The notes under the pieces were generated by a model. That model saw nothing but the letters and a program-made list of their open reading frames with translations, did not search any database and was not told the DNA's origin. Both the position numbers and the translations under genes were made by a program. Positions 51,605 to 64,000 of a stretch of DNA of 64,000 nucleotides are shown one piece after another. The DNA comes from Tubiluchus corallicola. Its lineage: Eukaryota > Animalia > Priapulida. Location of the stretch: contig JAQGDQ010000411.1 in NCBI GenBank assembly GCA_030141605.1, positions 62,001 through 126,000 of the forward strand. Direction: 5' to 3'. Positions within the stretch are counted from its first letter, which is position 1; each line of letters begins with the position of its first letter.

Positions 51605-54600
51605 CGCGGCTGGTTCTAGGTAGTTGGACACCCTAGGCACAAATTATTTTAGCCCCCTTCTCCTCAACTTCTTCCTCGGGGTCCCGATGCACCCCGCCCA
51701 CACAATTTAATGTTTGCAGTATATACTAATATACAATGGTACTTGTGTGTTAATTTTATGTATTAAAGTGCACTAATTAGCTATAAGTATACCTAATTAG
51801 TATACCTATATACAGCATGTGTTCATTTCATTTAAAACTGAATTTATCACCTCAAGGATCGTAAACTCGTTAATTCAGTAAAGCTTAGGAGTGTTGCTAG
51901 TTTTAATGATAGTGATTTTATGTGCTGTGAATTCTTCTGGGCACTTAGTGGCGAATGGACAGCACAGGGGCCTTTGTGATAATGAAGTAAAAGGAATGTT
52001 GCTAGATCTGCTAATCAACTAAATGTTATATTATCTGATTTTTGTATAAATAGACACTAATCAATTTACTGATCAATATAATTAATAAACATTGTACAGA
52101 CGAATTAATTAAAGATTGCAATTGTGTAAAATGTAATATATTGTACGTCCTGCGTCTTCAATCAAGATTTCTATAATTTCTGCTGTATTCTCTTCACGTA
52201 CATTATGGCTAGAATTTCACTCAGCTTTTTCATCAGAAAATTGTTGAAACTTCTCTCTTTCACATACATCCGTTTCAATAATTTTTTTCATCATCTGGTC
52301 TGGTTGCAAATGCCTCGTTAGTAAATCTTTTTCCTGTTCAATATCTGCCAACTTTGCTGCCTTTTCTTTCAATATTACGGATCCTGAAGACTTCGGATTC
52401 AAGATCATAAGTTTATCTTGGTGTCGCAAGTGTAAGTTTGTTTCAAGCAATTTGAATATTGCGCGCTTAAATCACAAGAAAACTCTTCATAAACATAAAG
52501 CTTGAAATATTCGTTTTATATCGCTTACATACTGCCTTTTTGCACGCAGGACTCCAATCGGCAGTCACGCTGTATAAAACATGTAAATTTAAACTCCCGT
52601 GATGACCGTTAGACGCAGCCATTTTCACAACAGGTCATTTGAAACAAGTTTAGGTAACACTGAGTGAAGTTTGAAAAAATAATCAGAGCATCCGTAGCGC
52701 ACAAGTCACTAACTAAATAAAATTTAAAATTACTGTATCTTGTCAATAAGATTAAAATATGTTTTTGGTTACTGAGTGGTGCACCCTGGAGGGCGAGTCA
52801 GCGACATTTTACCAATTGGTCAAAACATTTTAAATAATGAATAATTTTCTTTTCTAGTTACATGTCTTTCTAGTAGGTAAGCGAAAATGTAAGTAACATA
52901 TATTTGCAAGGAAAGTCTTTTGAGACATAATTTAACATTGCCTTTTCTTCCCCTGATTTGCGTTTGGTATATGACGTCATGTAACGGCTACTTCGGAACA
53001 GTATTGTGGGAGATTTAAAATGAAAACAAACTAAAATTCCTTTCAATGCGAGTACGACATGTGTATGAAATTGCAATAAAGTAATATAACTTTTAAGGCG
53101 ATTTTTCTGAAACCTACTTCAGGTACCCCTTTTCTTGTCCCTTAAGCAATTACACATACACTGTGTTATTACTTATGCTAAACTGAAAAATTAAGGACTT
53201 TCTTGCAGAATTTGGCGTCCTAAGCAACTGCATAGTTTGCCTAGTGATAGAGCCAGCTCTCGTTTGGCGTCCTAAGCAACTGTATAGTTTCCCTAGTGAA
53301 AGAGCCAGCTCTCGTTTGGCGTCCTAAGCAACTGTATAGTTTCCCTAGTTATAGAGCCAGCTCTCGTTTGGCGTCCTAAGCAACTGTATAGTTTCCCTAG
53401 TGATAGAGCCAGCTCTCGTTTGGCGTCCTAAGCAACTGCATAGTTTGCCTAGTGATAGAGCCAGCTCTCGTTTGGCGTCCTAAGCAACTGCATAGTTTCC
53501 CTAGTGATAGAGCCAGCTCTCGTTTGGCGTCCTAAGCAACTGTATAGTTTCCCTAGTGATAGAGCCAGCTCTCGTTTGGCGTCCTAAGCAACTGCATAGT
53601 TTGCCTAGTGATAGAGCCAGCTCTCGTTTGGCGTCCTAAGCAACTGCATAGTTTCCCTAGTGATAGAGCCAGCTCTCGTTTGGCGTCCTAAGCAACTGCA
53701 TAGTTTGCCTAGTGATAGAGCCAGCTCTCGTTTGGCGTCCTAAGCAACTGTATAGTTTCCCTAGTTATAGAGCCAGCTCTCGTTTGGCGTCCTAAGCAAC
53801 TGTATAGTTTCCCTAGTGATAGAGCCAGCTCTCGTTTGGCGTCCTAAGCAACTGTATAGTTTCCCTAGTGATAGAGCCAGCTCTCGTTTGGCGTCCTAAG
53901 CAACTGTGTAGTTTCCCTAGTGATAGAGCCAGCTCTAGTTTGGCGTCCTAAGCAACTGTATAGTTTCCCTAGTGATAGAGCCAGCTCTCGTTTGGCGTCC
54001 TAAGCAACTGTATAGTTTCCCTAGTGATAGAGCCAGGTCTCGTTTGGCCTCCTAAGCAACTGTATAGTTTCCCTAGTGATAGAGCCAGCTCTCGTTTGGC
54101 GTCCTAAGCAACTGTATAGTTTCCCTAGTGATAGAGCCAGCTCTCGTTTGGCGTCCTAAGCAACTGTATAGTTTACCTAGTGATAGAGCCAGCTCTCGTT
54201 TGGCGTCCTAAGCAACGGTATAGTTTCCCTAGTGATAGAGCCAGCTCTCGTTTGGGCGTCCTAAGCAACTGTATAGTTTCCCTAGTGATAGAGCCAGCTC
54301 TCGTTTGGCGTCCTAAGCAACGGTATAGTTTCCCTAGTGATAGAGCCAGCTCTCGTTTGGGCGTCCTAAGCAACTGTATAGTTTCTCTAGTGATAGAGCC
54401 AGCTCTCGTTTGGCGTCCTAAGCAACTGTATAGTTTCCCTAGTGATAGAGCCAGCTCTCGTTTGGCGTCCTAAGCAACTGTATAGTTTACCTAGTGATAG
54501 AGCCAGCTCTCGTTTGGGCGTCCTAAGCAACTGTATAGTTTCCCTAGTGATAGAGCCAGCTCTCGTTTGGCGTCCTAAGCAACTGTATAGTTTCCCTAGT

Positions 54601-55865
54601 GATAGAGCCAGCTCTCGTTTGGCGTCCTAAGCAACTGTATAGTTTCCCTAGTGATAGAGCCAGCTCTCGTTTGGCGTCCTAAGCAACTGTATAGTTTCCC
54701 TAGTGATAGAGCCAGCTCTCGTTTGGCGTCCTAAGCAACTGTATAGTTTCCCTAATGATAGAGCCAGGTCTCGTTTGGCGTCCTAAGCAACTGTATGGTT
54801 TCCCTAGTGATAGAGCCAGCTCTCGTTGGGCGTCCTAAGCAACTGTATAGTTTCCTTAGTGATAGAGCCAGCTCTCGTTTGGCGTCCTAAGCAACTGTAT
54901 AGTTTCCCTAGTGATAGAGCCAGCTCTCGTTGGGCGTCCTAAGCAACTGTATAGTTTCCTTAGTGATAGAGCCAGCTCTCGTTTGGCGTCCTAAGCAACT
55001 GTATAGTTTCCCTAGTGATAGAGCCAGCTCTCGTTTGGCGTCCTAAGCAACTGTATAGTTTCCCTAATGATAGAGCCAGGTCTCGTTTGGCGTCCTAAGC
55101 AACTGTATGGTTTCCCTAGTGATAGAGCCAGCTCTCGTTGGGCGTCCTAAGCAACTGTATAGTTTCCTTAGTGATAGAGCCAGCTCTCGTTTGGCGTCCT
55201 AAGCAACTGTATAGTTTCCCTAGTGATAGAGCCAGCTCTCGTTTGGCGTCCTAAGCAACTGTATAGTTTCCTTAGTGATAGAGCCAGGTCTTGTTTGGCG
55301 TCCTAAGCAACTGTATAGTTTCCCTAGTGATAGAGCCAGCTCTCGTTTGGCGTCCTAAGCAACTGTATAGTTTCCTTAGTGATAGAGCCAGCTCTCGTTT
55401 GACGTCCTAAGCAACTGTATAGTTTCCCTAGTGATAGAGCCAGCTCTCGTTTGGCGTCCTAAGCAACTGTATAGTTTACCTAGTGATAGAGCCAGCTCTC
55501 GTTTGGGCGTCCTAAGCAACTGTATAGTTTCTCTAGTGATAGAGCCAGCTCTCGTTTGGCGTCCTAAGCAACTGTATAGTTTCCCTAGTGATAGAGCCAG
55601 CTCTCGTTTGGCGCCCTAAGCAACTGTATAGTTTCCCTAGTGATAGAGCCAGCTCTCGTTTGGCGTCCTAAGCAACTGTATAGTTTCCCTAGTGATAGAG
55701 CCAGCTCTCGTTACGCGTCCTAAGCAACTGTATAGTTTCCCTAGTGATAGAGCCAGCTCTCGTTTGGCGCCCTAAGCAACTGTATAGTTTCCCTAGTGAT
55801 AGAGCCAGCTCTCGTTTGGCGTCCTAAGCAACTGTATAGTTTCCCTAGTGATAGAGCCAGCTCTC
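51605..55865. mobile_element. Putative internally deleted hAT-like element with a nested MITE and an amplified right terminus
   Basis: Left end cgcggctggttctagg...caccctaggc pairs with right end ggcgtcctaagc...tagagccagctctc; TSD only degenerate. Confidence 0.55.
52471..53141 (-). mobile_element. MITE family A, full copy with TTAA TSD
   Basis: ttaa|atcacaagaaaa ... ttttcttgtccc|ttaa. Confidence 0.85.
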
Positions 55866-55869
55866 GTTT
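53211..55869. repeat. 52-bp satellite, ~51 copies
   Basis: Unit tttggcgtcctaagcaactgtatagtttccctagtgatagagccagctctcg. Confidence 0.98.
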
Positions 55870-57534
55870 ACCTACTACAAACAAACCGCCATACCTTGCT
55901 CAATATTAAGCTGGAAAACTAGACATATGAACAAACTCATACTTTGCTGGGAAGTTTCATGTAAATAAATTGTCTAGATGACTTAGTCTTCACAATCATT
56001 AATTAGTGATTGCAATGCAACCCTCATAAGCAGCAACGAGGTCCAAAAGATGGTTGATAGAAGAGTCTGCTTTCAGACGGTCAGTGGCTGCATGGGTGAC
56101 CATCCAAGTTTGTTAATGGTTTTCTCTTAACAAAATCCTCCCGCGAATCATGCTACTTTCACTACTTCAGTGTCTCATGATAGAGAATTAACCTTTGTAA
56201 TTACCCACGTTCTGGTCCCGCCATAGGCTGTGGTAGTGGGTGGTGGATTATGACATGCAAAGTGTCCAAACTGCATGAAAAAACAAATTGTACAGTCCCA
56301 CTTAGCCTCACTAACAAACGAAGAAGGGATGGAATAGGGATGCTGTTGCAAGTATCACCTTTGTACCGTCAGAAGACTGAAAGATTCTGAAACCACTGAC
56401 TCCACAACACAAAGTTTTTTCATATTTATTCCATATTTTGTAAGGTTTTTATTTTTTCTCTAACTCCAGTAGAAATGGATCGAGCTGTCTTTACTTATGC
56501 AGCTAAATTTACCCAGTTAGTTATTATAATAACATTACAAAGAAGCCAGGTAATTGCTATTCCTGCGCGCGTGGTTTCAGTAATGTTTCGTGTCGCGTGA
56601 AGCCAGTGCAGTCTCAATTCATTTATCAACGTGGGGTTGTCCAATAAACTATACAGCGTAGCGTTAGTCGTGTATACAAGACTCATATTGTGTTAGCTAC
56701 ATGCGCCAGCATTGATCGTAACATGGTGGCATACGATTTCTCTGTATGAAGCCTGGAGGATTTCTCTCCATGTGTGTGACGGAGACTTTGACGGAATCGC
56801 GACGCTATAAACTAGTTTTGGTGTTTTAAATAAGCAGACGGAAGTACCAGGTTTAACACTGTGCCATTCGTAGTTAATTTAGAAAGTTTGGAAGTATAGG
56901 ACAGTCAGTAGACGCTGGTTTGACGGAATGGATTCAAAGCAAAATATGAAATTTAATTTTATCCTGTTCCACCATACTTAAGCATCACGAATGCTTGGAT
57001 TCTGTTTACAAGAGGCCCACATCAACAGTAATAATTGTACTGATCAGACTGTAAGTTTAGCTGAAATATCACTAAATTACTGTTGACAGAAAGGATATAG
57101 TGCGCTTGTTGGTCGATTTGATTGCGTTTTGCTTGGAATTTTTCGTGTGGATTAATTAATGGAAACGTGAACACGAATCAGCAGCAGTCTGATGCCAGGA
57201 CACAGCCATCTTGATGAAAGGAAAGAATGCTTTTGTTATGGAACGACCTTTGCTTAAACAGGTGAGAATAGTTTGCAAGGTGTATGGGAGAGAGTAGAAA
57301 TACCTGTTCTCATTACCTTGGAACTGGTTAAACAGTTAATTTCACGTGTTTTTGCAGTTCTACCATAAAATGGAGATTGAAACAGAGCCTCTTTTAGCAT
57401 GTTGGCTAGATACCAAGTTTGGTACACAGTGAAGAAATCTTAGTATCCATTGATGCTGAAATCTGACCACTGAGTAGCGAGATACATTGCTTCAATGGAA
57501 AATAAATTTGCCTCTTTTATTGGTTTGTACAACT

Positions 57535-58030
57535 GGTGATCCTGGCCTGGTCCTGTAGGTTCCTAGTGATCCTGGCCTGGTCCTGTAGGTTCCTAGTGAT
57601 CCTGGCCTGGTCCTGTAGGAAACGCAAAGAGTTTATGTTTACTCCAGTGTTGAAGAAGTATAGGTTCCTAGTGATCCTGGCCTGGTCCTGTAGTGTTCCT
57701 AGTGATCTTGGCCTGGTCCTGTAGGTTCCTAGTGATCCTGGCCTGGTCCTGTAGGAAACGTAATGAGGTTATGTTTGCTCCAGTGTTGAAGAAGTATAGG
57801 TTCCTAGTGATCCTGGCCTGGTCCTTTAGTGTTCCTAGTGATCCTGGCCTGGTCCTGTAGGAAACGTAATGAGTTTATGTTTGCGTGTTGAAGAACTGTG
57901 GGTTCCTAGTGATCCTGGCCTGGTCCTGTAGGGTTCCTAGTGATCCTGGCCTGGTCCTGTAGGTTCCTAGTGATCCTGACCTGGCCCTGTAGGAAAGAGT
58001 TTATGTTGGCTCCAGTGGTGAAGAACGTGA
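57535..58030. repeat. Compound minisatellite: 30-bp units interleaved with a ~45-bp spacer unit
   Basis: Units tagtgatcctggcctggtcctgtaggttcc and aaacgtaatgagtttatgtttgctccagtgttgaagaag. Confidence 0.93.
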
Positions 58031-58850
58031 TTCTCTTCTCAAGGGCAGCATGTTATGAGCTTGTCTTAGAGATTTTGCTCAACTGTTATGTGAAGTGGAG
58101 GTCTCTGTTCGGTAGATATATGCTTGTATATCTCATAATTTTTCGATGTTTTATGAGATCATATCGTGGGTTTAATGCGCTTCGCTTTATTGAAATGTGG
58201 TGCTCAGAATAGGTCAGAAATAGCCGTTTGTGAAGGAAAATCCAAAATTTTATCTGAACCCCCCTGCCAAACTAGGGAGAGAGATCCCGAATCAGGCCAT
58301 CCCTGACACCAAAGTCATTGTCGTTTAAGAGAGGCTCTGGATTGAAAAGCGTTGTAACATTTTGGATGAATTCTTGGTGCACGTATGTTAATCAAAACAC
58401 AAATTATTTTCTCTTATGCAGACGAATATGGAGTTTTTTCTCCACATGGCTTCATACTGGAGAATTATGCAAATATGTATAGATCTATAGAATGTTATTG
58501 CACGTAAGAGGAATTAACTATTCATTGTCACTTACTGCACGTGTGAATAGACGTTAAATCATCACATGCAGTTTCTCCAGCACAAGTTTTCAGCTTTTTT
58601 TAACGAAGACCTGATATAATTGACTGTCATATCACTCCTATCACTGTTGTTGTTCTTTAGAGTTGTAATGTTATTTTCTCTCTTACTGTTTGTGAACCCA
58701 GCGCGCTCTGGTGGCGAATTCCAAATATTGCTCTCACTCTCGTGCCATTGCTCGTAAAAATCATTTTTGTGGATGGAGAGAGACGGGGGGGAGCGTTAGG
58801 TTGCTTATTTCATGATGTTAGGACCATGTAATAAGATTCTAGAGTCTAGA

Positions 58851-59348
58851 CCCTGGGTTCCCAACCTGGGGTACTAGTACCCCCTGGGGTTTCCAACAAA
58901 TACCACTAGGGGTAGCTGAGAAGCCCTCTTAGGCAATTGTAAAGAAGTAATGTTATATAACAATCAGACATCTGTGTCGACTGTGCCAACAACTCGAGGT
59001 GTTGACCTCTGTCCACTGTAAAGCTTACAGTGAACTTTTTCCTATGTGAAACAGGCTTTTCAACGATGGAGACAATGAAGACAAGAACCCGAAACCGTCT
59101 TGACATCCATGGAGACACAAGAGAGTCAGTCTGTCGAAAACTGAACCGCGATTCCTAAAGTTAGTTTCTGCCATGTAACAGCAGCCCTCTCATTGAACTC
59201 TCATTTAGTGAGCTTAATTAGAGCAATACGTAAATATATATAATAAAAATATTCATAACATTACATCAGTGTTGGTTCTTCATTTTGCATATGGAGGACG
59301 AAGGGGTAGCAGGAGATAGTGTCAAATTCTGAGTTAATTAAACCGTTG
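58851..59348. mobile_element. hAT-Charlie-like MITE remnant
   Basis: Left end ccctgggttcccaacctggggtactagtaccccctgggg; right end degenerate. Confidence 0.5.
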
Positions 59349-59374
59349 TAGTAAGTAATTTATTGAAAAGTCAA

Positions 59375-60042
59375 AGGACAAGAAAAGGGGCACCTTAAGT
59401 AGGTTTCAGAAAAATCACCTTAAAAATTATACTACTTTACAGTAATTTATGCACGTATCGCACTCACATTGAAAAGAATTTTCGTTTGTTTTCGTTTTAA
59501 ATCTCCCGCAATATTGTTCCGACTGTGCCATTACATGACGTCACTAAAATACGTAAATCAGGGGAAGAAAAGGAAATGTTATATTATGACCCAAAAAACT
59601 TTCCATGCAAATCTATATTACTTAGCATTTCACTTACCTGCTGGAAACACTCATGTAACTAGACTAATAATTTAAAATCTTTGTGCCAGTTGGTAAAATG
59701 TCGTTGGCTCACCTTCCAGGGTGCACTCTTCACTAACCAAAAACGTATTTTAATCTTATTGACAAGATACAGTAATTTAAAATTTCACTTAATTAGCAAC
59801 ATGTGTGCTACGAATACTCAGATTATTTTTTCAAACTTTAAACAATGTTATCAAAACTTGTTTCAAACGACCTGCCATTAAAATTGCTGCGTCTAACAGT
59901 CATCACGGGAGTTTAAATTTACACGTTTTATACAGAGTTACGGCCGATGCAAGCCATGCATACGAAAAGGTAGTACGTAAGTGGTATAAAATTTCGAGAC
60001 AAATTTTTTAAGCTTTATGTAAGTGGAGGGTTTTCTTGTGCT
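59375..60042 (+). mobile_element. MITE family A, full copy
   Basis: aggacaagaaaagggg ... gggttttcttgtgct. Confidence 0.85.
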
Positions 60043-60051
60043 TTACAAGGT

Positions 60052-60330
60052 AGAACTTGGAAAGTCCAGCTGCAATGCATTGTGTGTTGTTAGAGGTGAG
60101 GGGGAGGATAAAAGAGATGTTCAATGAAAAGAGATGACATGACGGTGAAATTAGGGTGGAAGTAGGGTAATGTAAGTAAAAGAGAAGAAAAAAAGCTAAA
60201 AGTTATAAAATGATAAAGTGATAATGATGAAAATGCAATGAAATGGCTACAGCATGATAAGTCATTTATGTGTACAGAGACTGACTGTGAGTGGCAGCCA
60301 ACGTGGTGAACACAATAGCAAGAAAGGTTC
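60052..60330 (-). mobile_element. Inverted copy of the LINE 3' UTR seen at ~790-1055
   Basis: Reverse-complement match (ctattgtgttcaccacgttggctgccactcacagtcagtc). Confidence 0.85.
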
Positions 60331-60849
60331 ACCTAACATGAGTTTCTTTGTTTATAAAGCTGGAAAGCTATAAAAATGATACGAAATTTTAATTCAGGAG
60401 AAATATCTTGATCATGTAATATGCACTAATCTAAGCGACAAGTGTGACATTCAAAATCAACTTAGACTTTTTTATCTACGTATTAACTCTTTAATAAGAA
60501 AATATTGCTCTTATAATTTTTATTTCGTTGTATTTTATTTCATTTTAGTACTGTATTTTATATAGCCTTAGTTACCGAAATAAAAATTTTTGAATTAAAT
60601 GCATATTGCTCGTCAACATCTTCATTATAGTAGTTTTACTGCATTCTAAACGCTGGTCTGAAATGTAATAAGCTGTCGTAAGTAACGTCTAGGGAAGTGA
60701 ATGCTGAAGCGTCAAGGGTGAGACATCGGATACGCAGCATAGCTATCGTTTTGTTTGCCTAGTAACAATCACATTCGCGTCTTTCTACTCGAAGCCGTAC
60801 TAAATGAACCTTTACTGTGTTTCATAGACAATAATTATTTGATGTGCAG

Positions 60850-61000
60850 ATGGGCTTTTACTGTTGCCTGTACTGGTGTCCTACTCTTAATCACCAGGCA
60901 TTACAGCTTAATGAAGGTTTAGAATGCTTAGGTGAGATTAAGGTTTATGGCTCTTGACATTTGGAAAGCTTTCTGATGTCTGGCACAAAAACCAAGTTCA
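60850..61000 (+). mobile_element. Decayed LINE RT fragment
   Basis: MALDIWKAF..VWHK resembles the RT motif ALDISKAFDRVWH. Confidence 0.55.
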
Positions 61001-61044
61001 CAGATTTTAGTCACACGGCACGGAAAGCTGCGTGCTGTCTGTTT

Positions 61045-61510
61045 CTTCAACAAAACAAGAAGATTTGTCACTTTTTTAAAGCAAAATGTATACATTTATA
61101 ACACATGTAATATTGCCAAAACGTTTCTGACCTAATTGAATATTAGGTTAAAAAGTATACATTTTAACACAATTAATACTGTAAAAGCGGTTCTGATAAT
61201 GAAATAATGCATTAAAATGTTAATTATCGACGAGCGAGCCAGACTGGTGATGACGTCACAAACAAACACAATTTTCAACAGCAAAAACATTCCGTAAGCG
61301 TGTTGAACGTGTTTGCATGTGTCAAAATTGAAAGGCAGTGCTACTGTGAGAGATTCAGTGAAATGTATAAGAAGTCAGCAAATTTTAAAATGAGAATTTA
61401 AATGTTAACTTTACCGCTGTGCTCACGCATGAGCTCTCAAACGTGTGTATTATGTCACAAACGAACAGCTCCGAACTGAGAGGTACATCTCGTTTATGCA
61501 ACGTTTCGCA
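61045..61510 (+). mobile_element. MITE family B, diverged partial copy
   Basis: Internal family B motifs (tttaccgctgtgctcacgcatgagct). Confidence 0.65.
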
Positions 61511-61544
61511 GTTTCATCGGGTGCACTCACTGTCGGGTGCTGTG

Positions 61545-61889
61545 GTCCTAAGGTTACGTGTACCACAGCTATGTATCTTCACCATAACCATCGCTTGAAG
61601 TGGGTAAAGCAAAGTTGTCCGTCGTGTCAGTTCACTAACTTCATGTGTTTTCTTTGGACTTGACTTGATTATGCATTAGTCTGTGCATAAAGTGATTTAC
61701 TAGCAGGATCTTGCTTGAAAACAAGAAAAAATGAACTAGGCAAGGTTCTGATTAGCTGTTAAAACGGTTACTATTACAACAGTATGGGCTGCAAGGCATG
61801 TCAAGCATATACAGATGCGTACACTCTGGTACACTTAACCTTTGACCTTTTCACGATCGTCATCAATCGCTGGAACCGTGAAAATACTT
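61545..61889 (-). mobile_element. MITE family C, inverted copy
   Basis: ctttgaccttttcacgatcgtcatcaatcgctggaaccgtgaaaa. Confidence 0.75.
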
Positions 61890-62194
61890 ATTAAATAAGA
61901 TTGATTTTTATAACTTGAATGCAAGGTTGACCCCTGGTTTTGGTTCCAACCGAGTTAGGAGTTTCCCTCTAAGCATGAAATGCCTCTACGCTTCTGCCGA
62001 CCGAGAAATTTTGAATTACTTTGCAATTATAAGCAAACAGTTGAACAAACTCAGACATTTAATCTACCATGTGGCTGGTGTAGATTGTCAAGTTTTGTCT
62101 GTATGTTGATTTAAAACCCTTTTACGGCTTGAAATATGCCTTGCAGTAAGAATCCTTACTCTTAAGTGATGTTTGAGTTGAAAGTTTATTCTTG

Positions 62195-62720
62195 AGTACT
62201 TATCATCACTACCACTTACCATCTTAGTACTTATCGTCACTACCACTTACCATCTTAGTACTTATCATCACTACCACTTACAATCTTAGTACTTATCATC
62301 ACTACCACTTACAATCTTAGTACTTATCATCACTACCACTTACAATATTACTACTTATCATCACTACCACTTACAATCTTTGTACTTATCATCACTACCA
62401 CTTACAATCTTTGTACTTATCATCACTACCACTTACAATATTACTACTTATCATCACTACCACTTACAATATTACTACTTATCTCCACTACCACTTACAA
62501 TCTTAGTACTTATCATCACTACCACTTACAATCTTAGTACTTATCATCACTACCACTTACAACAATCTTAGTACTTATCATCACTACCACTTACGATCTT
62601 AGTACTTATCATCACTACCACTTACCATCTTAGTACTTATCATCACTACCACTTATAATCTTAGTACTTATCATCACTACCACTTACAGTCTTAGTACTT
62701 ATCATCACTTATCATCACAT
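62195..62720. repeat. 31-bp minisatellite, ~16 copies
   Basis: Unit tcttagtacttatcatcactaccacttacaa. Confidence 0.96.
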
Positions 62721-62723
62721 CAC

Positions 62724-62960
62724 TTAAAACAGCACTGTACTTCAATTTCCATTTTCGCAAACACGTACAACACGCTCGTGGAATATTTTTGATGTTTAAA
62801 ACTTTTTTCGTTTGTGATGTCATAAAAAGCTGAGCTCGCCTCCCGCTAATTAAGTTTTTAATCTATTATTTAATTATTAGAAACGCTTGCGTTAAATTGT
62901 GTACTTTTTATCGGACTTGAAATTGAGCTTGTACATTAAAAAATCATCCTGTCTTCTTTT
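62724..62960 (-). mobile_element. MITE family B, partial inverted copy
   Basis: Ends in atcatcctgtcttctt|ttaa. Confidence 0.7.
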
Positions 62961-63411
62961 AAAGTGTCCCACCGAATTTTTCACACAAAGTTATAGTACT
63001 TAGCATTCCGCTTACCTGTTTTAAAAAACTTGTAACTGAAAAAAATCAATAAATTAAATGATCGTGCCACCTGCTAAAACTGCACTACCCCATTGTGCAC
63101 CAGTGTTTCACCAAAAACACATTATTGATTCTATTGACTTCCATGATGTTGTATTGTGAAAGATTTCTATCGTTTCTGGAAACCGGAAGCTTTTCTTAGA
63201 CCTGTGAGTTTCGTACACAAATTTGCACAGTAAATAAGTTTAGGCTGTATACGTTGTATTTCAGTAACATTTTAATAGTGCTGTATAGCTTTGTACTCTC
63301 TTATTGAGATCATACTTGGCTTCATAAATTAGCATTGTGGGATTATTCCAATTGTGAGGCTTTCTGAATCTTTCGAGATCAATGCAAACCAAAACTTTCT
63401 CATTTTTGCAA

Positions 63412-64000
63412 TACTTTGAATAGGAAGTGATATTATTCAAGTCATGTAAGTGTCATGGTTTTAAACTGGAATAGGAAGTGATACGATTCAAGTCATGTAA
63501 GTGTTATAGTTTTAAACGTGAACGAAAAGTGATACGATTCAAGTCATGTAAGTGTTATGGTTTTAAACTTGAACGAGAAGTGATACGATTCAAGTCATGT
63601 AAGTGTTACGGTTTTAAACTTGAACGAGAAGTGATACGATTCAAGTCATGTAAGTGTTATGGTTTTAAACTTGAACGAGAAGTGATACGATTCAACTCAT
63701 GTAAGTGCTGGGGTTTTAAACTTGAACGAGGAGTGATACGATTCAAGTCATGTGAGTGTTATGGTTTTAAACTTGAACGAGAAGTGATACGATTCAAGTC
63801 ATGTAAGTGTTACGGTTTTAAACTTGAACGAGAAGTGATACGATTCAAGTCATGTGAGTGTTATGGTTTTAAACTTGAACGAGAAGTGATACGATTCAAG
63901 TCATGTAAGTGTTACGGTTTTAAACTTGAACGAGAAGTGATACGATTCAAGTCATGCAAGTGTTATGATTTTAAACTTGAACGAGGAGTGATACGATTCA
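63412..64000. repeat. 51-bp minisatellite, more than 11 copies, runs off the window
   Basis: Unit aaacttgaacgagaagtgatacgattcaagtcatgtaagtgttatggtttt. Confidence 0.96.

Noticed and set aside
53211-55869. Possible CRISPR array
   Set aside because: Head-to-tail near-identical units with no unique spacers, no cas genes and a eukaryotic context. The same applies to all other arrays.

Overview
AT-rich animal (invertebrate-type) nuclear DNA, not prokaryotic. No rRNA, CRISPR or operon structure is visible, and there is one assembly gap (31339-31641). Coding content I can support: two tandem + strand C2H2 zinc-finger paralogs (7064-8398, 13303-14112) that share a strongly conserved atypical N-terminal zinc-finger module; minus-strand exons of an ionotropic glutamate receptor/IR-family gene (pore/M3 exon ~31069-31338 with an apparent frameshift, S2 exon 28503-28552); and a few isolated candidate exons. 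The rest is dominated by non-autonomous DNA transposons (hAT-like with 8-bp TSDs, TTAA-flanked Kolobok-like, Harbinger-like, Tc1/mariner-like), decayed LINE and BEL/Pao fragments, tRNA-derived SINE remnants, microsatellites and more than 12 minisatellite arrays. The most striking pattern is that several minisatellites are tandem amplifications of transposon terminal inverted repeats, still enclosed by the element's target-site duplication. Also notable: the same MITE family sits directly upstream of both zinc-finger genes, and there are two long inverted duplications. All family assignments come from motif recognition by eye; no database searches were run.
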